In this document: one piece after another, positions 1 to 11,950 of the stretch
Layout: the number at the start of each line of letters is the position of its first letter
Position numbering within the stretch: position 1 is the first letter of the stretch
Origin: Eledone cirrhosa
Lineage: Eukaryota
DNA: 64,000 nucleotides
NCBI GenBank assembly: GCA_964016885.1
Contig: OZ024756.1
Coordinates: 13,082,001 to 13,146,000, forward strand
Direction of reading: 5' to 3'
The notes under the pieces: generated by a model
What the model was told of the DNA's origin: nothing
Database searches by the model: none
The model's input: only the letters and a program-made list of their open reading frames with translations
Position numbers and translations under genes: made by a program

Positions 1-807
1 GGCAGGCTGTATGATGCCTGCATACGAACAGCAATGTTACATGGCAGTGAGACCTGGGCATTGTGTGCAGAGGATATACGCAGACTGGAGAGGAACGAAG
101 CTTGCATGCTCCACTGGATGTGTAATAGTAATATACGTGAACGGCAAAACATAAACGAACTAAGGGAAAAATTAGGAATAAGAGGGATCAGATAATGTTT
201 ACTCGAGAGAAGACTACGTTGGTATGGTCACGTGATGCGCATGAAAGACGACAGCTGTATAAAAAAGTGCAGGGCAATAAAAATAGACGGTAGCCACGGA
301 ATAGGCAGACCCAGAAAAACCTGGGACGACTTGATAAATTCCGACCTCACACACTTACACCTCTCCAAGACAATGTCACTGGACCGAGATCTTTGGCGCT
401 ACACATTAATACAGAAGACCCGCCTTACCTAAGTACAAAGTGAAACCTACTACAGTCAGTAGGCACCTCTAACAAAAATACACCCCTGTCCCACTACCCC
501 CACCCTTTTCAATGTAAAATGTAAAGTTATGTTGGTACCACAACATCCAGTTCGAAACAAATGAGGTCGTGTAGGTGTCACAACAAAAAAACACAGTCCA
601 CGTTGTAATGTGGCCGTGTAGGTAACACAGTAAAAATCTCCCAGTCCACACTGTAAACGTGGTTGGTGTTAGGAAGGGCATCCAGTCGTAGAAAACCCGC
701 CAGAGAGTCCTATGCGAGCAAGACAACCACTCTTGCCTCAAGTGGGAAAACTCCCGTCCAAACCCATGCAAGCGTGGAAGATGGACGATGATGATGATGA
801 TGATGAT
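1..807 (+). mobile_element. RTE-clade non-LTR retrotransposon 3' end (C-terminal ORF, 3' UTR and (GAT)n tail), truncated by the window start
   Basis: Translation gives LYDACIRTAMLHGSETWA...RLRWYGHVMRM...GRPRKTWDD, typical of the RTE C-terminus and similar to the copy at 59.4-60.5 kb. It ends in GGACG-(ATG)n at ~783-807. Confidence 0.85.
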
Positions 808-1404
808 AGAGTAATGTAAATGCTAAAGGGTTAGAATAGAAGTAATGAAAACCTTGTGGTAGGAATCTATGTTACATTCTATGTAACACATTCAGGAATG
901 ATTTAGCTGCTATATCTAGCAGATCAAATCACCATTTAGATGCTCCTTCTCAGTCAACAACTGTTGGTAGGAATAGAGTTCAGTTAGAAGGAAAAGTTGG
1001 CACAGCAGTAGTAGTAATAGTAGCAGTGTACAATGTTCTTCATGACTTTGCATATATTAGACATAACCAATTTGAGAGAGGGAGTGTGTGGGGTGGGCTG
1101 GGTTGGGGGTCAACAAAGAAATTCAGAAGGGTCTGTTACTCTTTCTCTCTCTCTGTGGTCCTTATACCGTCTTTTATGACTGACATATAAATGTTAGCAA
1201 TAGTTTACTACTGACACTGCATGTATTATGAAGTCTAAAGTGGTGATGGTCATGGTGGGAAAGGTTGGTTGCTGGATGGATGGAGGGGGTAACAGAGAAG
1301 TTAGGGAACAAAACATGTCACAACATGTCATATGATGGAATATTATAAGACATGAAAATAGGGAGACAAACTGTAACAAAGTTAAAAGGCTCATGTTGTT
1401 ACTA

Positions 1405-1900
1405 CTGCAATACTACGCCAAGGACCTTATTTGTGCTGGCCTTCCCAGCATGCTCACCCTGCTCTGACATTGCTGGGTGAGACACGTCCACCGCATAAAG
1501 AATGGCTGCATCCCGAAAGACATCATCTATAGGGAGCTGACCTCTAGAGAGAGAGCCAGTCGACCTCAGCTGTGACACAAAGGCGTTGTGAAGAGAAATC
1601 TGAAGGCTATTGACACCAACACAGAATCCTGGGAGGGAACTCACAGCTGACTGGCCAAGATGGAGGAACACCCTGAATCAATGCCCCAATCAGTGGAGAG
1701 GTTGTTAACTGCAGCAGCGGACAGGAGAGCCTGGCGAAAGGAGTGCAATAAATCCAACAGACCATAGACCATATACAGATGTGTTCAATGTGACAGAGAC
1801 TGTCACTCACGTATAGGTCTGTTTAGCCACCAGAGACGCTGCTCCAGCTGAGCTGACAACAGGATACTGCCCATGGTCAGCCTTGACTGAAGGAGGCCTT
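1405..1900 (+). mobile_element. Degenerate RTE/BovB-like LINE 3' fragment
   Basis: Frameshifted translation WVRHVHRIKNGCIPKDIIYREL... and a terminal zinc-finger motif CVQCDRDCHSRIGLFSHQRRC. Confidence 0.7.
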
Positions 1901-1949
1901 AAATAGACTGCTGCAGTACTAGGGCTTTTTTTGTTACTACTGCAACACG

Positions 1950-2345
1950 ACTGATGATATTGTAATATGGGTGATATTGTTGTAATATGTGTAATATGGG
2001 TGATATTGTTGTAATATAGGTGATATTGTTGTAATATAGTGATGTTGTTGTAATATAGTGATGTTGTTGTAATATAGTGATGTTGTTGTAATATAGTGAT
2101 GTTGTTGTAATATAGTGATGTTGTTGTAATATAGTGATGTTGTTGTAATATAGTGATGTTGTTGTAATATAGTGATGTTGTTGTAATATAGTGATGTTGT
2201 TGTAATATGGTGATATTGTTGTAATATGGTGATATTTTTGTAATATGTGTAATATAGGTGATATTGTTGTAATATGTGTAATATAGGTGATATTGTTGTA
2301 ATATGTGTAATATAGGTGATATTGTTGTAATATGGTGATGTTATA
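1950..2345. repeat. Minisatellite, ~19-bp unit GATGTTGTTGTAATATAGT
   Basis: Directly visible tandem array; the same motif resumes at ~3512-3560 on the other side of the CR1 insertion. Confidence 0.9.
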
Positions 2346-2349
2346 TATA

Positions 2350-3511
2350 ATATAATGAAAATATTGTGTACAGTGCTCAGGTGCACTACAACTCATCAAA
2401 AATGTATGTATAGTACATAGGGTAATGTACAAACGTCAGGATAATGAACAGAGTATGAGTCATGATATACACATGTGTATCAAAGGGGGACATCAAGTGT
2501 AGTTTTGACGAATTTCGGGAAGCATGAGGGTTTTTAAAGGATGCAGTGTCTCAGCAGCTAACAACTGACGCAGGCAGTTTGTTCCATGCTTCAGCAACTC
2601 TAAGTGTGAAAAAATGTTTCCGAAAGTCATGGGAGCTGTGCTGTTTTCTGACTTTGTAGGCATGTCCACGTGTGTTAGACACATGGAGATCAAAAAGGTG
2701 CTCAGGGTTGTTGTTGGTGAGATGGTTAATAACTTTGTAGGTGTTTACCAAGTCCATTGCCAGACGTCGGAGCTTCAATGAATCCATGCCCAGGGAAGCA
2801 AGGCGTTCAGAGTATGGTAAGTGTCTGATGGAGGGTATGTGCTTGGTTGCACGTCTCTGAACAGTTTCCAGGAGGTCAATGTTCTGAGCAAGATAGGGGT
2901 TCTAGACTGATGATGCGAATTCCAAGTGTGGTCGTACCGTAGCTGTATACAGCTTTAAATGGATGGCTGGAGAGCGGCTAACAAAGGTCGTGCTGAGTGA
3001 TGCTAAGACACCCTCGGCCTTCTTGACAATTTTAGAGATGTGCTTTGTCCAACGCAAATCGCTGCTGACAGTAACGCCCAGGTCACGTTCACAAGAGGAC
3101 TTCTTGATATCAGTTTGTAGAGGGAGTATGTGGATGCTGGATTTATTCCTCCCAAAATGCATGGTGGTACACTTGTCCACAGCCAGCTTCAGTTGCCAGT
3201 CTGTGATCCATTGCTGCATTGTGTCCAGGTCTGATTGTAGGAAAGAGTTATAGATTTCACGATCTGTCCTTTTGATTTCAAGGTACAGCATATTTCAGTA
3301 CTGTGGCATTCTTTAAGTTGGCATCTATGTCATTAATGTATGCAACAAACAAAAGGGGACCAAGAACAGATCCCTGTGGTACACCAGATGACATCTCATA
3401 TGGTGAAGAATGCTGCCCTAGAACCGTAACTACCTCTTTTCGGCTGAGAATGAAGGATTTCAACCAGTTAAATAGATCATCCTTCACACTCATTGCAGAG
3501 AGTTTCACCAA
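2350..3511 (-). mobile_element. 5'-truncated CR1-clade LINE (RT C-terminus and 3' UTR)
   Basis: Minus-strand ORFs contain SGVPQGSVLGPLLFVAYINDI, ERDLGV, LYTATVRPHLEFASSV and RKHFFTLRVAEAWNKLP, which are CR1 RT motifs; frameshifted. Confidence 0.9.
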
Positions 3512-3673
3512 ATACTGTTGTAATATAGGTGATATTGTCGTAATATGAGCGATGATATTATGTATTTCATATTGTTATAATGTGGTAAGATGATGTTATA
3601 AGTTATATCATGCTTGATGTTTGGTACTACAAGTTGACATTAGTAAACTAAGTAACCTATAAAGCCAGGTTAA

Positions 3674-3874
3674 CCCATTAGCATTTAAACCAGCCAAATC
3701 TGACCAGAATTCTCTCACCTCTTTCTGTTCAAACTAGTTGTAACTGGCCACTCATACTGATGTTAAGGTATTGTTCTCAGAATAAATAATATCAAAATCT
3801 CATAGATTCGATATTATGTGAGATAAAGCTTTTACAGTGAAAATACAATATAGAGTAATGTAAATGCTAAAGGG
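3674..3874 (+). mobile_element. ~200-bp piggyBac-type MITE (CCCTTTAGCATTTA...TAAATGCTAAAGGG)
   Basis: Terminal inverted repeats CCC...GGG with TTAA on the left; more than 10 copies in the window. Confidence 0.8.
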
Positions 3875-4349
3875 TTATGGTTTGTATATAGAGAGAAGTT
3901 CCCTGACCAGACTTTAGCAAACAAACAGTGATTTTCAACTTTACTAAGTTACATTCAAATACACTTCCATAAAACTCTCTCTCTCTTTACATACATCATC
4001 ATTATCATCATTTTACGTCTGCTTTTCCCTGCTTGCAACATTAAGAAGAATGCTCTGTTTACATAAAGCGTTTATTCATTATAATTATTTCTATGACCCT
4101 TATGCAATCCAAGATGCAATGCCAATATGAATCTGGTTGGTGGTGTGGTATTCTACGTTTGGCATTACACCATAGTCGGTATCCTTAAGAAGCAGAGTGT
4201 TAATAAATATTAATAATAAGGAGCAGGAATGATTTTATATATATATATATGAGGACCCATTATCTTGATGTTCTACCACTCCCAGCGTTTGAGGAACGAT
4301 TAAAACAAAATACAAAAATGATTCCCGAAATACGCCAAAACTACACCTG

Positions 4350-4637
4350 ATGTACCCCTTCCATACACATGCACACATGTGTGTATCATGACTCGTGCAC
4401 TGTTCATTTTACTGATGTTTGTGCATTGCCCTATGTACTGTACATGCACTTTTTTGATGAGTTGTGGTGCACCTGGGCACTGTACACAATATTTCATTAT
4501 TGTTATTATTATATCATGACTCATACACTGTTCATTTTCCTGACACTTTATTATTCTATGTACTATACATGCACCTTTGATGAGTTGTAGTGCACCTGAG
4601 CACTGTACACAATAATTTCATTATTATTATTATTATT
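4350..4637 (+). mobile_element. CR1 3' UTR fragments (internally duplicated) with (ATT)n tail
   Basis: GAGTTGT(A/G)GTGCACCTG(A/G)GCACTGTACACAATA occurs twice and is the reverse complement of 2362-2396. Confidence 0.7.
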
Positions 4638-4639
4638 AA

Positions 4640-4846
4640 CCCCTTAGCGTTTAAACTGGCCATATCCAGCCAGAATTCTCTCATCTCCTCCTGTTCAAAC
4701 CAGCTGTAACCGTCCACTCATACTAACGTTAAGGTATTGTTCTCAAAATAAATAATATCAAAATCTATAGATTTGATATTATGTGAGATAAAGCCTTCCC
4801 TGAGAAAATACAATAGTAAATATAAAGAAATGTAAATGTTAAAGGG
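4640..4846 (+). mobile_element. piggyBac-type MITE
   Basis: TTAA at 4636-4639 and 4847-4850 flanking CCC...GGG TIRs. Confidence 0.85.
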
Positions 4847-5601
4847 TTAAGCAGAAAGGTCTATTTGTATTTGGCATGAAACATAAATTATACAACCCTT
4901 GAAAGGCCTATTTTTATGTGGGATTAAATCACATGACACCCCTGACCTATTTGTATACGGGATAAAATCACACGATTCCTGAAAGGCTTATTTGTATCAT
5001 TATCATCCTCATCATCATTTAACGTTTCCTCTCCCTGCTAGCAAAGATTGGATAGGTCTTCATATTTTGAATCAGTACTGAGGCAGGGTTACTATCCTCT
5101 CAAACAGACCTGGAGTCCATATCGCACATATATACGGTCCCACATTCTACCAAGTGCATCTTATCATAGCACCACCAGCACAAGAGAAGCCGTCCTGTTT
5201 TTAGCACAATTGAAAGGTCCTCCCAAGTCTTTGTATGGCAAGTTTTCTATCACCAACCACTTTACAGCATGTACTGCGAGTGTCTATAATGTAGATCACC
5301 AACACTAGAGAGGTGGTCATGCTGTTAATACAACTGAAGCGTCCTCTCAACCCTTTGTATTGTGGAACCCAACCCTCCACTAGATAACCAGTACATATAT
5401 GGCTGTGTAGTTAAGAAGTTTACTTCACAATCATGTGGTTTCAGGTTCAATGTTATTATGTGAGGAGGTCTTGTGACAAGTATTTTCTACTATAGTGTTG
5501 GTATCACCAATACCTTGTTAGTATATCAAGTATATGTTGAAGTGATGTTAACATTTCTTTGCAAGGGAATACAGTTCACAGTTCATCTCAACCAAAAATA
5601 A

Positions 5602-6147
5602 CCCTTTAGTATCTATATTACTCTATATTTACTATTGTATTTTTGTGGTAAAAGCTTTATCTTAATATAATTATCTCACATAATATCAAATCTATGTCTT
5701 TGCAGCATAGAGTTATGGCCTTTTATGTCATGAGTTCAAATCTCGCTGAGGTTAGCTTTGCCTTTCATCCTTACAGGGTCGATAAAATAAAGTACCAGTA
5801 ATGCACTGGGGTAATTGCTGGCCTTGTGCCAAAAGTATTTTGAAAACAATACCTTAACCCTTTAATGTTCAAACCGGCCAGAATTCTCTACCTGTTTCTG
5901 TTGAAACTGGCTGTAACCGGTCACTCAAACTGATGTTAAGGTATTGTTCTCAAAATAAATACTTTCAAAATCTCATAGATTCAATATTATGTGAGATAAA
6001 GCCTTTACCATGAAAATACAATAGTATATATAGAGTAATGTGAATGCTAAAGGGTTAACTTCAGTATGAGCGGCCAGTTACGGCCAGTTTAAACAGAATT
6101 AGGTGAGAGAATTCTGGCCAGATATGGCCGGTTTATATGCTAAAGGG
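5602..6147 (-). mobile_element. Nested composite: reverse-oriented MITE carrying a SINE fragment (~5697-5835) and a second MITE (5858-6054) at its internal TTAA
   Basis: The inner copy is bounded by TTAA at 5854-5857 and 6055-6058; the outer MITE sequence (ACAATACC-TTAA-CTTCAGTATGAG) continues on both sides. Confidence 0.75.
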
Positions 6148-6402
6148 TTAAGTATACAGTTTATGAAAGCTCATGCAATGGAATTATGTTACTGGGTAAA
6201 TGTGATTATATTCATGTATCTTAAAAAAATCATATGTACCTGTATTTTAGACAAAAGTCTCCCACAGGTTAATTAGCATATGTTATTCAATTGGTGAGGA
6301 AGTCAGCATTGTATTAATACAGGGTTCATACCATTGGTTAAATTATATATCTATATTGACATAGGATGATGTACTATTAGTTAAATTATGTATCTACATT
6401 AA

Positions 6403-6796
6403 TCCTTTAGCAGTTAAACCAGCCATATTTGGCCAGAATTCTCTCACCTCTTTTTGTTCACACCAGCTGTAACCAGCCACCCATATTGATGTTAAGGTAT
6501 TGTTATTAACATAATATTAAAATCTCATAGATTTGATATTACGTGAGGTAAAGCCTTTACCATGAAAATATAATTGTTTCTACTTTTGGCACAAGGCCAG
6601 CAATTACCCAGGACATTACTGGTACTTTATTTTATCGACCCCGTATGGATGAAAGGCAAAATTAACCTCAGCAGGATTTGAGCTCAGATCGTAAAGGGAC
6701 GTAACTATGCTGGAAAGCATGTCTGATACTGCCAATTCACCACCCTTTACTATGAAAATATAATAGTAAATACAAAGTAATGTAAATGCTAAAGGG
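6403..6796 (+). mobile_element. piggyBac-type MITE interrupted by a minus-strand tRNA-derived SINE (6575-6743)
   Basis: TTAA flanks; the SINE is bounded by a ~21-bp TSD CCTTTAC(C/T)ATGAAAATATAAT at 6554-6574 and 6744-6764. Confidence 0.8.
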
Positions 6797-7545
6797 TTAA
6801 ACTATATATCTATATTAATACAGGGTTGATGTACCATTGGTTAAATTATATATCTATATTAACCACCCAGTTTACACTGTAAATGTAGTTGGTGTTAGGA
6901 AGGGCATTCAGCTGTAGAAACCAAGCCAGGATCAGTTCTGTATTTTGACAGTCATCTGATTTGACTTGTCTCACAAGACAACTCATCTAACCCATGCTAG
7001 AGGGGAAAATGGATGTTAAAAGGTGATGACGATGATATTAACATATGCTTCATGTACCATGGGTTAAATTATGTATCTATATTAACCACGTAATAAATTA
7101 CTGACCATCTGTTGTACTTGGAGAGATCGTCATGATCTATGTCTTGCTCATATGTTCCAACTGGTCAAAATGCCTTGTGGTATTTCTTCTGGCCCTCAGC
7201 ACTAAGTCTGAATCTCACCCAAGTCAATTTTGCCTTTCATACTTTCAGGGTTGATAAAATATATTATCAGACCGGGGAAGAATTGTTGGAGTATCAATGA
7301 GATGGCTTGTCGTATTCTGGTTCTTGCATGGTGGATTTAATCCCTCAGTCAGCTTAAAACCACCACATGACCCCTGGGTGTCTTTAGTGGAGTCAAATCT
7401 GTTGCAAGTGTTCAGGTTAGGCTTGTGGTTTGAGAATATCTTCTGCCCTAACTCACACTAGTCTTGGGAGGCCCTGATAAGTGCCACAAACATTGCTATA
7501 TTACTCACTGAGAAATGTAGAACACGATAGAATCTCAATAAGGAG

Positions 7546-8185
7546 CATCATCATCGTTTTTACGTCTGCATTTCAATGCTTGCATGGGTTGAACAGGTCC
7601 TTTTCAGCACAACAACTCTCCCAATGCCACATTCTTTTCTCATCTCTGAGTCTCAGCAACTTGAGATCAGCTCTCATCACCTCTGCCCAGGTCTTCTATG
7701 ATTTTCCTCTACTGTAGCTTATTTCCACTAGGATTTCCTGGCACTTCTTCACCCAGCCATCATCATCCATACACATCACATGTCCGTACCAATGTAGACT
7801 TCTCTCTTGCACATACTTCGGATTCCTTTTAAATCCAGTTTCTTCCTCAGTTCATCCAACTTCTGCATTTTTCTCATGTTTACATTGCATATCCAACAAA
7901 GCACGGATGCTTCATTTCTCTGCAGTTACTGCCAATGTAACATTAACATGCAGCCTTGCACATCACACACAGTTGTAGGGAGAAACCTTTTGTTGTCAAC
8001 AGTGGAAGTAGCTCTCTAAACTTCTATCCTATCCTTATTCTAGCTATTATATAGTCAGAAACTGTCCTACACTGCTAATTATATCACCTAGATAGCAGAA
8101 GCTCTCAACACTTCTATGGATCCTTTATACGATTGGAAAAGGTTTACATCACTGATACTCTTCTCGATTACCCCAGTGCATTTTA
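7546..8185 (-). mobile_element. RTE LINE 3' fragment
   Basis: Minus-strand translation WYGHVMCMDDDGWVKKC and FCYLGDII; the tail is reverse complementary to ...ACGTAAAAACGATGATG. Confidence 0.75.
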
Positions 8186-8640
8186 TAACTTTGGCCCTTA
8201 TCATTAAACAGCCATGAAACCATGAGATGCAACTTCAAAAGGAAGCCAGTTAATCTTACATACGTGTGAGCTGTAACAAAATTAAAGATACCGGGATGTA
8301 GTCAAGAAGTTAACTATAGTTAGGATTTCCCAACATATTTCCAAGGAAAAGTGGGGGCGGTAGATTAATTTTGTCATAGCACCAACTAAAAGACAATGGT
8401 GGCACTTTCTCACAAACTTATAATCATCATCATCATTGATTAACGTCTATCTTCTCCGCTAGCATGGGTATGAGAATGAATGAGTGTTTTAGCCTAATGT
8501 ATGAAGCTAATATTGTACATATATATTTAATATATAATAGATATTTTCATTAGCATAGAATAACCAGAAAACAACAAAACCTGCTATGATTGGAGATTCA
8601 AATACAGACAATAAATAGCTATGGACGTATGGATACACTC

Positions 8641-8680
<40 letters not shown>

Positions 8681-9217
8681 CATACATATATTCAAATGAA
8701 CATGTAATCTAAACTATTCAAATGAACATGTAATCTAAACTATTCTGATACAACAACAAATAAACTGCATATATTTCGACATTGTTCTAGTCATATACCC
8801 GTATATATATATATATATACACACACATATGAATGTGTGTATATGTATAACGATTCTAGATAGATTAAATTGCCATTCCATTCAGTCCTGATGATTTCTC
8901 TTGGATGAAACAGCTCTAGTCCCGTAGAAGCCATTTTTATATTAAACATGAGATGTATGTATGTATGTTTATGTATGTGTGTATGTATGTATGTGTGTAT
9001 GTATGTATATGTGTATGTGTGTATGTCAGTCGCAGTTCACAGATAAAATATCTGCGTGTATGTATAGTGTTAGGTTTTAGGAAGTGTTTATTGAGGGTAT
9101 GGTGTGTGTATATATATTTTAATATACATACATGCCACACTATACTGACATATTGCTAGATATCGACTAATTACACACACACTTGTATGTGTATGTATAT
9201 ATTTATATATATATATA

Positions 9218-9255
<38 letters not shown>

Positions 9256-9715
9256 GATGTAATATATCTATATATATATATACATACAACGTCATCACAG
9301 AGAAAGACCACTCGGCTGAGTAGAATGATGTCACATAGAGTTACACTTTAAACTCTGCTGTGTCCTCTCATACTACATTGTCTACCGTTACTACAACATC
9401 CTCTGCTCCTTCACAGTTGATAGGTCTTCACCCATACTGTCCTTTCTGTCTCCCTAAGGTCCCCACACTAACCACAATCTCCAGCTGAGAAGGTCGGTGG
9501 CACCTTGGAAACCCCCCTCCCCTCCCCTACTCATTCCTAGCATATTGTATGTCCTTCAGGGGTCCACTGCCAACGTTAACAACTATGGGGAGGGGGGTAC
9601 CCGCCAAAGACAGGGGTGGGGGTGGGCAGTTTCTAACTCCAGGAAACCACACAAAAACAACTAACAATAAACCTGCCACAGATTTACTGCAAACGATGAC
9701 TACAATACCACATCT

Positions 9716-9757
<42 letters not shown>

Positions 9758-10029
9758 TTGTGTGTGTGTACGTTTGTTCACTAGAGGGTGAGCTTTTTTT
9801 TTAAGCTGCAAAAGTTAAAACGCATGACTATACATACATTCACACACACACACACACATTTATATATATGTGTGTGTGTGTGTGTGTGTGAATGTATGTA
9901 TATAGTCATATGTGTGTGTGTGTGTGTGTGTATACACTGCTTCTCTTCGACCCCAGGTGCAATAGCATTTAAGGTCTCTACTACAACTTATCTATAATAG
10001 ATGCATGTTATTCGGATTAGCACTGGATT

Positions 10030-10081
<52 letters not shown>

Positions 10082-10302
10082 AGAGAGAGAGAGACTTTTA
10101 TACATGCATATATATATATATATAATCATAAGTTTGAAGAATAGTCAGACAAAATTTATTCAATTTTTTCTTCTTAGTCCGTAGAAATTAACTATAATAA
10201 TAATAATAATAATATATACACATGTACATCTATATACATACATGTATATACCTACAAGTATGTATATAAATACGTGTATATGTATATATATAGATACATA
10301 TG

Positions 10303-10384
<82 letters not shown>

Positions 10385-10925
10385 GCCGACCGACCTAGAA
10401 AATTAAAGGTCGCCAAAATAAAATGGACAGAGACAGAGAGAGAAATAAAGACGACAATACAAGTTGACAGTAATTTAATAGAGATAAATTGTGATCAGAC
10501 GTGTCTGAGGAAGAAAGGAAGCTAGGTATGAACGATCGGGAGAGAAAGGTGGACATTATGGTGGTGGTGCTCGTGTTTGTGTAAATATAATGTAGTTAAA
10601 TATAATATATATATATAAATATATATATAATAGAAATGATGTTTAGGGTTTCGTTTTTGTGTCTGAAGCGGAAATGGCAACCTGTGCTTCAACGTAGAGG
10701 ATATATAATATAATGGTTTGGTGGCGGTGCTAGTGTTTGTCTTAATATAGAATGTTAATAAATGTAATTGGTAAATATATAATATAATATAAATGATGTT
10801 TTAGGGTTTTCTTATTTTGTGTGTGTTTGAAACGGAAATGGCGACTTGTTCTCCTCCATCGTTTGTAGAGAATATGATGGTCGGAAGGTGAGGATAGAAA
10901 AAAAGTGAAGTGTTGAAGCACTTAC

Positions 10926-10957
10926 CTTGATTCAAGGGCCTGATCCAGACTATCCAT
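10926..10957 (-). CDS. Candidate first coding exon of an unidentified minus-strand gene (MDSLDQALES + AG)
   Basis: CCACCAC-ATG GAT AGT CTG GAT CAG GCC CTT GAA TCA AG followed by a consensus donor GTAAGT, in unique non-repeat sequence; no protein family recognised. Confidence 0.4.
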
Positions 10958-11069
10958 GTGGTGGGGGGAAAAATAATGAGTTGTCGGAGGTTTTTTTGAA
11001 TTTGCCAGGAAATAATGGTTGCTTGATCACGGGGCCAAACAACAGGTCATGTGAGATGTAGAGAAGAAC

Positions 11070-11950
11070 ATGTGACAGCTTAATGGACGACTAGCAGATA
11101 TACCACACACAACTAGACACTCTCACAGGTCACCACCACTGTAAATACTACAGCTATATTATAATATTATACAGATATTTACACAAGACAGCAAGACAGC
11201 AGAATATAAAGTATTACTATTTTTCTTTTCTAATTATTATTAATATTGCTGCTGCATCTCAACAATCATGCGACAGCTTAATGAACGACTAGCAGATATA
11301 CCATATACCACACACAACTAGACACTCGCACGGGCCGCCACCACCACTGTAAATACTACAGCTATATTATAATATTATACAGATATTTACACAAGACAGC
11401 AGAATATAAAGTATTACTATTTTTCTTTTCTAATTATTATTAATATTGCTGTATCTCAACAATCATGCGACAGCTTAATGGACGACTAGCAGATATACCA
11501 TATACCACACACAACTAGACACTCCGAGACGGCCACAATACAGTAAATACTACAATTATATTATACAGACATTTAGACAAGACAGCAGAATCTAAAGTAT
11601 TAGTATCTTTCTTTTCTAATTATCATTAATATTGCTGCAACTAAACAATCATGTGTCAGCGACGGCTGTTTAAATTAAAACCTTAATGGACGACTTGGTA
11701 GCAGAAAGACAGACTCAACATCTCTACTACGTATCTCACACAGAAATACACTGTACACAGTTCGGAAGGAGGAAAAGAGAATTAAACCTTAATGGACGAC
11801 CGATATAATAACATAGATAGATAGTATACGATACAAGAGGCACACGACAATATTAACACTCCACTAACTATATCACAGTCAAGGAGAAATGTCTTAATTA
11901 TTTCAACAGCAATAATGTGACAGCAGTTTAAACCTTAATGGACGACGACC
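11070..11950. repeat. Degenerate tandem array (~200-bp units x3, then divergent units) with conserved core CTTAATGGACGAC x6
   Basis: Core at 11079, 11277 (1 mismatch), 11474, 11682, 11788 and 11934. Confidence 0.85.

Noticed and set aside
11070-11950. CRISPR-like repeat-spacer appearance
   Set aside because: Eukaryotic context, 13-bp core too short, spacers long and homologous to each other, no cas genes.
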